In this document: positions 25,126-35,769 of the stretch, in pieces | Layout of the letters: each line of letters begins with the position of its first letter | Position numbering within the stretch: position 1 is the stretch's first letter | Assembly: GCF_036588685.1 (NCBI RefSeq) | Contig: NC_086373.1 | Span: 372,001-436,000, forward strand | Direction of reading: 5' to 3' | DNA: 64,000 bases | Origin: Mytilus trossulus | Lineage: Eukaryota | The notes under the pieces: model-generated | Told to the model about the DNA's origin: nothing | The model's input: only the letters and a program-made list of their open reading frames with translations | Database searches by the model: none | Position numbers and translations under genes: made by a program

Positions 25126-26900
25126 TACAGCCTCCTGACTTAGGACAGCCACATACATACAATAAGTGGCGGGGTTAAACATTGTAGCGGGATCCCAACC
25201 CTCCCTTAACCTGAGAAAGTCGTGTTAAAGTACAACATAAGAACGAACTATAAAAATTAGTTAAAAAAGGCTCATCTTATCTGATGGATACATAAAGGAA
25301 TACATCTAACAAAAACACAAAGTGTTTATATGTCCGTTTCCGTTTGGACTTTTCAATTTACAATGTACGTAATCTATATAAATATAAATATAATTAAGAG
25401 ACTTCGTTACATCTTTATTTAAATGAAGGCGACATATTTATTTGATTTTATTGTGATTAGTATTATAACACAATGTTTAATGCTGTAAATAAACATAAAC
25501 CCCAAATTATCACTTTTACCAATTATGTCAGTTAGTTTTGTTCACACATCGTTGTCAATAAAATGAAATATAATGCGAGGGTCGTACAATTTTATGTTTA
25601 TATAGCTTTAAATAAAGGGAACAGTAGTATACCGCTGTTCGAAACTCGTAAATCGATTTAGAAAAAAAAATCCAGGTTACAAACTTAAACTGAGGAAACA
25701 AATATAAGAGGAGAACTACGACCCAAAAAACAGTTAAATCCAATAAAGAAATTCCTGTCACCAGACAGGAAATATGACAGTTGTTGTCCATTCGTTTGAT
25801 GGGTTTGAGCTTTTGATTTTGACATATGATTACGTTTTGAATTTTTATTCAATTTAAATCAGTATGTTTTTCATCATCAGACGGATAAGTATTTTTAATT
25901 GGTCTTTTCTGAATATGTTTGTCAATGATTCACCTGACAAACCAACTGATGATTGTTTTGGCATTTTATTTTAAGAAAAGCCGTAACTTACTTTCCTATC
26001 TAAATATTAGAACAACAACTATCACCCTCCCCCCCAGACAACATAGAATAAGAATAGGAATATTTATTATTCCAATCAAGGGCTCTTGATGGGCAGCATA
26101 ACATGTACACATAAAAAAAAATGCATCATGATTTGTAACAGAAAAACATATTTATATAATAAAATGACATTAAGAAAAGTTCAGACAGATGTTATTATCT
26201 TCATTCTATAAAAATCATATACATCTAATTCCAGGCAGGATCAGAACCATACAATCGGAACGTTATACACACATATCTATGGATTTACTGTCTTTCAAAA
26301 AATATTTTATTCGACAATTTCGATTGCAAATTATGATACAAATCCCACCGACTAATTTTTATTATTTCTTTATCTATTCACATCTATAATCAGTAGCGTA
26401 CAAGTCCGTCGTCCTCTTAAAAGTGTCCTGGACGGATATAAAAGGTCGATATAGCTATAATTAAAATATGTTTGTTGACCAATTGTTTCCGTTTTCTCTT
26501 TGTTTTCAATTAGTCATTCAGGGACGTCATCAAAAGTTCAAAGTAGGATAAAAACTTAATTCACATAGTTATTCATTGTCTTAACTTAATTTGGGAAAAA
26601 TTGATTGACCAGTAAAGGATATATATAAAATCGATGTCAATAAAACAAAACTTGCAGCTATTTTGACCCCCTCCCCCCCCAAAAAAAACTGTTTGAATTA
26701 AGTTTTTTTCATCCTTCATTGATTTGTTGTTATGGCATCCCTATCATTTGAATTTAATTTTGATATTTGACCTCTTTTGTCTTAAAACAACATTTAGATG
26801 TTAAATATATGTAACATTGTTTTTGAAAATATACATTCATAAAACAATCAAATTAGAACCATCGATGTTTGTAAATGACTTAAAGTATTTTACGGCACTT

Positions 26901-27063
26901 NNNNNNNNNNNNNNNNNNNNNNNNNNNNNNNNNNNNNNNNNNNNNNNNNNNNNNNNNNNNNNNNNNNNNNNNNNNNNNNNNNNNNNNNNNNNNNNNNNNN
27001 NNNNNNNNNNNNNNNNNNNNNNNNNNNNNNNNNNNNNNNNNNNNNNNNNNNNNNNNNNNNNNN
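26901..27063. other. Assembly gap (163 N)
   Basis: Run of n. Confidence 1.
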
Positions 27064-27343
27064 GCAGTCCGAGTCCGATGTCAAAATAGACAACAAGCGA
27101 ACTCAGCATAACGACAATAACACAAAAATTAACAAAGGATTACTAGCAGTTACTGCATCATATGAAAATCAAGCACAATCAAGTATCATACCATCATAAA
27201 TATATGAGAAGAACATAACCATTAACATGCCAAGAACTGGATTTAAAATAAATGTTTTTATTTCCGATGCAAAAAATATTGATATAAAAAATATGCCATC
27301 TTTAACGACCTGACAACAGTATCGTAACTATATCCTTTCTTAA

Positions 27344-27882
27344 GGAGTGTCGAGGGTATACACATTTCAGCCAATTTTCAAATTTTATTTTAATATCACA
27401 CTATAGAAGTTGTTACTTTATGAAATGGTACAAAAATGAATCCAAATAAAATCGATTTGATTTGTTTTGATCCCATATGAATTTAAAATGTTATACCATT
27501 GATAAAGCTTAAAAATCTTCCCTTTAAAAATCCTTCTTTTTTTTTTGCATTAAAATTGAAATATCTATTTTTAACTTATCGGTGACCTACATTTTTTATT
27601 ATTTTTTTCAAATAAGCTGTACTTTTAAACTAAACAATTTTAAGCGATTTCTGTTATTTGGTTCTTTCTTTATTTTCGATATTACATTTATTTCTCCTAT
27701 TAGCTCAACAGAGAAGAAAAGTACCTTAACAAAAGTGTATGCTTCTTTCGAAGGCAGAATATGAGCTCAAATTAACGGTGAGCCCATTTACATTTTTCTA
27801 TTAAGTATATGATGAACTTCATTTGTAGAAAAAATAGCGAAATTCTATATTTAAAAATAATAATTAATACCCTCGAACCCCC
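27344..27882. mobile_element. MITE with TTAA target-site duplication (Kolobok-like GG...CC termini)
   Basis: TTAA|ggagtgtcgagggtat ... ataccctcgaaccccc|TTAA. Confidence 0.75.
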
Positions 27883-28704
27883 TTAAGTCTGTTTAAAAGA
27901 TTGGTTAGCTTTTGAGGTGCTTTTATGCTTGTAATATTAGTGGTGTCATATCTTAGAGTAATCACATTGCGTTGGGAAATCGTTAGGTGCTACTATGACG
28001 AAATATAAAATTTTAATCCTGGTATCTAGGATGAGTTTATTTTAATAATGAATATGTTTGTAAGATTGTAAGACAACTTTCAAGTATGCATGCAATAAAT
28101 GCTTATAAATGTAAATTTGCTTTTTCACTTATTTCAAATCTTGATTTATGAAGTATGTAAATTGCTGCTGACGTCGATTTCTGACAGTACAAAACTGCTT
28201 CCCACCTTCATTTATGAAAATGTGTTTGCATGTATAAAACTACATGGCCTTGTGATTAATTATAAAATGCACTAAGGTGATAATAATTATTTGCTAAATA
28301 TGGCCTTCAAAACCACATTAGTGTTACAGTATCATTGATTGTCATTCTAAAGGTCAAACAAATATTTGGGCTTTAAGTCCCAGGCATTTCTTTTATGAAA
28401 AGGGAATAAATGTCATGCTATTTTCGTTCTCAGGAACTTTTGTAATATAGTTCTTTCCGTCCATGTCGAACATATGTTTTTCGGAACAAATATACAGTCA
28501 CACTTTTATTTAAAGATAAAATCAAAAACTGCTAGTCGAATTCATTTGCATCGCAAAATGTTCATAAATAGCGAGTAACGTTATGCGCAATTAGCTGTTA
28601 ACATTCGTATATCTTGAGTTAAGCTTATTCTTTCAAGTTCAATAATTTCCCCGTCATATGTGGTCTTCGTGATTATTCTAAAAGCTAATTATCACAACGG
28701 TCAT

Positions 28705-29043
28705 TTATAGTTCTGTGATTTCCAAAGTTTTCATTGACGTTTTTGAGTCCGAGGAATTCAAACTTTTCTGTCCAACTTCAACAGAATTTTTATCAGAGCT
28801 CTCCTCGGCTTCTATATGAGTATTATGAAAGCTTGACGCACTAAACAGTTGGGCAAAAAATCTTTCTTTGCTCGACATGGGCAAACGTTTACTTATTTGT
28901 CCAACGAGCCTTCTAAGGCTTTCTCTCCGGAATAACAGGTACACCCATGGATCTAATATTTGGTTAAATGATGCTATCCTTAGAGTAACAAGATCCACCA
29001 TTTTATCATGACGTCCAGTAATTTGGGAAATAATGATCCGAAC
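28705..29043 (-). CDS. Prostanoid receptor (EP4-like class A GPCR), coding exon 2: ECL3, TM7 and Ser-rich tail
   Basis: Acceptor tttcattttag|GTT, then [40 protein letters not shown]. The TM7 Arg and DPWxY are prostanoid-receptor signatures. Confidence 0.92.
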   Translation of the reverse strand, partial: VRIIISQITGRHDKMVDLVTLRIASFNQILDPWVYLLFRRESLRRLVGQISKRLPMSSKERFFAQLFSASSFHNTHIEAEESSDKNSVEVGQKSLNSSDSKTSMKTLEITEL

Positions 29044-30692
29044 CTAAAATGAAACAAGGTATATAAACAATATAAGTTAATTGTCAGAAAAATATCAACT
29101 TGTTTGTATGAGGCTGAGAAACTGGGGATGGGCAAGATTCTACCGAGCCCTTCCCCAGTTTTTCGCCGAGTACCAAAAAATGGATGTTTTTCTGACATTG
29201 ACCTAATATTGTTTTATACTGCAACTTAAATAAATAGATTGATAGCTTTCGAAATTGTAACACAGATTACAAACTTATTTTCATCTCTTAATGAACCCTT
29301 GACTGTTGAAAAGTGTTCTATGATGAAATTTACATTGTACAAAACATAGCTGTGATACTATATTAATGAAAATAAACACAACTATTACAGTATAAATACA
29401 ATTCTACTTTGGTTTACCTGTTACCAGAATTCTTTAAGCACTATGAAATTGTGAAAACCTTTGCAAATTGATTTAATTCATTAAAATCTCTTTAAAGATG
29501 ACAGTTAGGCGTATAACTCGGTACACTCACCAGTAGCGCTCAATTTAAAATAGTTGGAATCAAAAACAGAATTAAGAGCATTAAAAAATAAAAATATAAA
29601 CGGTTGTGTTCCAAACAACAAAGACAGTATTTGCCAAGAGGAAGACTCACTTTAGTTTTTGAAACATTCATTAGACACATTAATTTCAATACAAGGCCAT
29701 ACAATACATACCAGACATACCGGATATAACTAACTTATAAGTGTCTGATAAGTAAATATCAATTAATAATGACCAACATGAATTTATCGTTCTGTTTAAA
29801 AAAAAAAAAAAAATGAATTGTTTTACAAATCGTTTTGGGGACTTTTATAAGTTGTCTACAGTTGTTAATTTCTGTGTCATGTTGGTCTCCTGTGGAGAGT
29901 TGTCTCACTGGCCTTCATACCACATATTCTTTTTGATATTATCTACCTGTGACAATAACTAAACGAGAAAAAACATATTTAAAAAAGCATACAGACGACA
30001 ACAAAAAATTAAACAAATATAGTTCTACATTCTGTCGTTAGTTATACTTTAACAGTGGGCTGTATCAAGTTTTCCTTGCATTGCTTATGTCGCCATTTTG
30101 CTAAATTCGTTTTTTATGTGTACTGGTTGATATTTTGGTCCTCGGAAGCATTGGTCATTTGTAATTGGGCTTTAAACAGACTTTTAGTGTGATTACCCTA
30201 AAAAGATCGTACTAGTAACTGTATATATATATATATTGTATTATTGTTTTATTTTATTTTCTATTGTGCTTTATACAGATCTGCTGAATCAGTCCTTTTC
30301 CGACGTGTTTCATTTTGTTCTGATGATATGCTTTCACTATTCCAGATGTATAATGTAATTTGATAGATAAAGTACATGTATTTGGCGAATACATTTTCTA
30401 AACTTTGATTATAACAATTACTGTTGATTTCGATCACTGTTTTAAGAAACGCAGGCATAGCCACAAGCGCAATGACTTCAAAAAGTATAGTCATCTTGTC
30501 GCAAAGGAAAAAAACAGATTTTTTAAAATTACAATCGAGGTTTTGACCGTCTGTAAATCGAATAAACATGGTAATATCTTTTAGAGGTAATAAGTTTTCC
30601 TGTTTTAAACTAAAATAATGTATAATTACCTTAATCGTACAGTTATTGATACACTTTATTTTATGATGATTTAAAAAATGCCTTCAACTTAC

Positions 30693-31514
30693 CACAAATG
30701 GTGACCAGCAAACAGCAAACACTACAAAAATAACAATTAGCAGAATCATAATATACACATCAATATGTCGTTTGGACCGGGCAGTGTTGCTGCCTCTTCT
30801 AACATTGCTTCGTTTTCCAACAATTAACTTTGCTAAAGCCCAAATATTCAGAGTAGCTGTCATGATCACAAGCAGTAATATGGTGATCGAATAAAAGTAA
30901 GCAAATATTGAACAATCAATAAATGAATCGTAAAAATTAGGGAAACACCAAGATCCCGGAAAATGAACGACATTATGACCGATTCCCATTATAGGAAAAC
31001 AGGAAACAAACGCTGAGAAAAGTAGAATTCCTGCTATAACAAATTTGACTAGTCTGTCTTTCGGTATTGTTCTATACTTGATTGGATGAACAATAGCAAC
31101 ATATCTATCAAGCGCCATTGCTGCTATAATCAAACACGTACACATACTACTGAATATCAACATGAACGAGAAGAAATGACATAGTCCTTTCCCGCCAACC
31201 CAGTTCATCTCATTGGTATATACAGCTATTACAATCGGTGATAAAAACAAAATTCCTGTTAGGTCAACGATGGATAATGTGGTTATCATCTTGTAAAACA
31301 CTTTCCATTTATGTATGTGTGCTGATTTCACTAAAATAATCAAAGCGAGTAAGTTCCCAAATACGCCAAGAGACAATCCGATTATGGAAAAGATTGGCTC
31401 GGAGTCAGCTGGTAGAGATTTTGATGTGTTCGTAGCATTATCGTGGTCTCGTAGTTTGTATAGAATATCTAAAAATAAGAACCCTTTCTTAGTCAAATTT
31501 CTAATTCCGGACAT
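30693..31514 (-). CDS. Prostanoid receptor (EP4-like class A GPCR), coding exon 1: TM1-TM6
   Basis: GVFGNLLAL, VDLTG, MALDRYVAIVHP, ECL2 HFPGSWCF and CWSPFV|gtaagt phase-0 donor. Spliced protein is about 386 aa. Confidence 0.93.
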
Positions 31515-32284
31515 TTTAGGTAATTCACAAACGAAGAACAGGCCGTAAATGGTCTACTGTTCGAATTTGCGGTGAATTAATGCATATTAAAAGGCTGATA
31601 TTAACAAATTATGCGTTGCTGTTAATTGTGTGTTACATATCTGTTTATAACATCAAATTGGCATTTATAAATCAGTGACAGAATATCTATATGAATCCCC
31701 CAATTATTGAACTATTAATATCAAACATGATGTTTCACCACAATGACCAATATCATACAGACCATGGATAATACTTCCATGTATAGACTGATGCTGACCC
31801 GGAGATATTCATGTCGGAAATTTATCATAGAATAATAAGTGACCGCGTTTTGAAGTATAGAGGAAAATTGTTATGGACTATTAGTTCTTTGATATATATG
31901 TTAGCGGCAATAATTGAAATTAGGCATCGAATTCTTGACAATAAGCTCACGCCTAGGCATGAAGTCTGATGATGAAGATTATCCAACCTATTGCATTGCC
32001 GAACCTCATTCCAGACAATAATTTGAACTTGGGATTGTTGTTGTAGTTTCCAAAAAAATCTACATTCGGTGAAATATCTTTAAAATATGAAGACAAAACA
32101 TATATTACAAAATTTAATACACATTCATTTCAAAGACCTTCAAATGTTCGTATTCAAAGCAGAACTTACTCTTAGTTCTTTGTGGTATTGCAAAATCAAT
32201 GAGTTTTAAACAAGTAATTGTATCTAATAGAAAAGGGGAAATTGATTTGAAAATAATGAAATGGAAATTCTCCTTCACTAATCG

Positions 32285-32820
32285 AGCCAGTTTTTGGATT
32301 ATAGCTCTTCATCTTTTATATAAGCTTTGGATTTCAAATATTTTGGCCACGAGCATCACTGAAGAGACATGTATTATCGAAATGCGCATCTGGTGCAAGA
32401 AAATTGGTACCGTTAGTTTTATTATAGCTGGTCACAAATATAAAATTGTCAGATCATTATTTAGAGATGGCATAGTACCTTTGATAACTATTAACATCAC
32501 TGTTACTGGGTTGATGCCACTGATGGTGGATGGTTCGTCACAGAGAGTATCATCAGCACAGTAGTCAGCACTTCGGTGTTGCCATGAATATCTATTATAT
32601 GGTCATTTTTATAAATTTCCTGTTTTAAAACGTTGAATTTTTCGAAAAACTCAGAATTTTCTTATCTCAGGAATAGATTACCTTAGCCGTATTTGGCACA
32701 ACTTTTTGGAGTTTTAGGTCCTCAATGCTCTTCAACTTTGTACTTGTTTGGCTTAATAACTATTTTGATATGAGCGTCGGTGATGAGTCTTATGAAGGCG
32801 AAACGAGCGTCTGGCGTATT
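32285..32820 (+). mobile_element. Adjacent family-B fragment (hammerhead ~32353-32396) and family-A retrozyme monomer (mutated hammerhead ~32774-32817)
   Basis: gcatcaCTGAAGAgacatgtattatcGAAAtgcgcaTCtggtgc, then gtacctttgataacta...gcgtcgGTGATGAgtcttatgaaggcGAAAcgagcgTCtggcgt. Confidence 0.7.
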
Positions 32821-33048
32821 ATTATTTGTATTAATATTGATTCACTGGTAAAGTCTTTGCATCGGAAATACATTTATTCTAAAACAGTTATTAGTAGGGT
32901 ACATGTTATATTCTTCTCATATAGTTTGTGGTGGTACGATACTAAACCCGTAACGGAAGGAACCGTTGTGCTTGATTTTCATATGATGAAAACATAATCT
33001 TTCAATCGGTTTAACCAAAGTCTGGAGCTGGCATGTCAGTAACTGTTA

Positions 33049-33120
33049 CACAGACAATTGTCTCAGAAAAAAATACTTATTATGGTATATATGATTTTTT
33101 TTCTGAGACAAGCGCCTGTG
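33049..33120. mobile_element. 72-bp mini-MITE with 8-bp target-site duplication AACTGTTA
   Basis: aactgtta|cacagacaattgtctcagaaaaaaat...atttttttttctgagacaagcgcctgtg|aactgtta. Confidence 0.8.
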
Positions 33121-34289
33121 AACTGTTAGTAGTCCTTTATTAATTTATACGTCATTGTCATTTTGCTCAGTTTCTTATGCTACCTTTTATGACATCGGAC
33201 TCGGACGTCTTTTTTACTGAGTTTTACTGTTCGTATTGGTGTGTGTTTGTTAATTCTACATTGGCTAGAGGTATATAGAAAAGTTGTGATCTCACAAATC
33301 ATGTTTTAATCCGCCGCATTTTTGCGCCTGTTACGAGCCAGGAGCCACTGGCCTTTGTTAGTCTTGCATGTTTTCTTTAAATTTTAGTTCATTCGTATCA
33401 CATCTTCCTATATCTATATAATTGTGTTTTGGAGTTTGGTGTGGCGTCCATTTTTATTGAACCAGTACACATTTTATTTAGGGGCCAGATGAAGCACACC
33501 TCAAGAAGTAGGAGCATTTTCTCGCTGTGTTGAAGACACAATTGTTGTCACCTTTACATTCTCAATATTTTAATTTTAGATTTAAAAATGTTTGTCTCAT
33601 TATCTTTTCATAGGTTTTATCAAATTCCCATCTTGTGCTGGATTATAAGCATTCAACTTTAAGACTACACATTTCTTTAATTTTTTGCAGATTATTGATT
33701 TGAATCAGGGGAAAAAACGTTTGACACCAAAAAGCTATGATCAGGGATATAAGTTTATGTTTTTCTAGAGGAACTGTATGATATTTTTGGGGAAGCACAA
33801 AGAAATAGGCCATCGCGGTCTGCCATTAGTTTAGACCGTATAATAAAACAGTAAAAACAAATATAGAAAATTCAAACTACAAATCTATTTTGTTTGTACA
33901 AATAAATAAACAAAGCAAAGTACTTGTTAGCACTGAAGTTAAAGATAACTTAAAGTACTTGTTAGTTATTACATGTAGCTGGAAATATTTTTCCAGTTGT
34001 AGATCATACATTTGTATTAATTCTGACTTTATGTTATATTATTAATGTTTATTATATCTCTGTACCATGGATTTTGGTTTATGAGAATAAAGATAAATAG
34101 CACTGACTTTTTAAAGATAACTTTGATTTTAATGCGGGAATTTAAAGTTAATATTAGTATGGTTAAGCATTGGAGGCTATAGTTTGAACTGGAGGATAAT
34201 TGAATAATTATCGTACGTGTAGGTTGAAATACAACGATGAACTAAGGAAGATAACTCCAGTTATTGTGGACCTGTAACTGTATTGTTAT

Positions 34290-35045
34290 GACTTACAATA
34301 TATGACTAAAATCAGTAAAGACCCATCGAAACAACATCTGATGCTAATATATAATAATACTTTTAGATATTTTGATGATGTATTGGCTCTCAATAATGAC
34401 GATTTCAATATGTACACGTGCTAATGCGGCGTAAAGCAACCAACAATCAATCAATCAGTATGTACACTAAAGAAAATTTATCCTGTAGAACTAACTTTAA
34501 ATAAAGCTAATACTAACAAATAATCATGTCCATTCCTCGATCCTAATATCATTAACAGGAAACTTAATACCAATATCTAAGATAAAAGTGAGAGATGATT
34601 TTCCATTTCCTATTGTTAATTATTCATTTTTAGATGTGACGTTCCCTTGTCACCATCTAATGGTTTTTATGTATCTCATTTTGTTGGATTTGCTCGTGTA
34701 TGTAACAACGTACCAGAATTTAACGAAAGAATTATATGTATTACTAAATAATTCTTATCGTCGTCAGGGTTTTCGATATCTCAAACTTGTCAAAACATTT
34801 ACCCAATTCTATCATTGGTAAAATGACATCATTCGTAAATATATAACAACATGCAAACTTCTTATACGTTCAGGTATTTCACATCAATTTTTTTATGGTA
34901 ATATTCTTAACAAAGCACAAAAATATCGACTTTAACCACAAAAGCTATAAACAGACTAATCAAGAACGGGTATAGTTTCAATACTGTTGAAGATGACATT
35001 TTACTTTAAAATTGATTCACTCAAAAAGTATTTGCCTCGGAAAAC
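34290..35045 (+). mobile_element. Degenerate Penelope-like element reverse transcriptase fragment
   Basis: NTFRYFDDVLALNN (catalytic motif region), YPVELTLNK, RDDFPFPIVNYSFLD and QGFRYLKLVKTFTQFY; stops and frameshifts. Confidence 0.75.
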
Positions 35046-35189
35046 ATATTCTAAAACCCAGTTGTTGGCATTATACGGGTTGTGTTCTCATATATTTTAT
35101 GATGGTATGATACAAAACCCCAATCAGGAAGAATTGTTCTTGAAATTCATATGATGAAGACATAATCTTTCAATCACTTTATTTGAGGC

Positions 35190-35336
35190 CTGGCCTCGAA
35201 GGCATAAAACTTTGCTCAGTGCTCTGAGCACAAAAATCATGCTCGAAACAAACATGATCACTCAGCAATTTGATTGGTCGATTTTCGAGTCTGAGTACAA
35301 AAATCATGCTAGAAAGTTTTATGACCGTGAGGCCAG
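35190..35336. mobile_element. Small MITE
   Basis: ctggcctcgaaggcataaaactt ... aagttttatgaccgtgaggccag inverted termini, interrupting the host repeat. Confidence 0.65.
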
Positions 35337-35769
35337 GAGTGGAGTCGTCATTTCAGTAACTGCTAGTAGTCCTATGTTAATTGATGTATAGTTGTCATTT
35401 TGCTTAGTTTCTTTTTTGAAACTGAGTTTTACTATGCGTATTGCTATGTGAAGACCCATCGGTGGCATTCAGCTATTGTCTGCTATACATGGTAAGATTA
35501 TTGTCTCTACGACATATTCCCCGTTTCCATATGTCTTTCATGCTTAATATCAGTACTGTGAAAGTTTATTATGTAAATGTATGTATTCTCTGGTTATGGA
35601 AGTTCAAACAGCGTATGTTATTGTTTTGTTACATGCCTACCTTGAATAAAGCTTTTGATTTGAATTGACTTAACCCCCAAAACAATAAAAACAAAGCCAA
35701 ATAAGATAGACAGCAATCAACGACAACAGTCAGTCCACTAAATTACAGGACCTTGATTTAGGACAGGAA

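Noticed and set aside
26817-27109. ORFs spanning N-run
   Set aside because: Artefacts of the assembly gap.
30684-30692. GPCR ending at ...PFVVS* as a 6-TM protein
   Set aside because: Read-through into the intron (gtaagt); TM7 is in the exon at 29043-28705.
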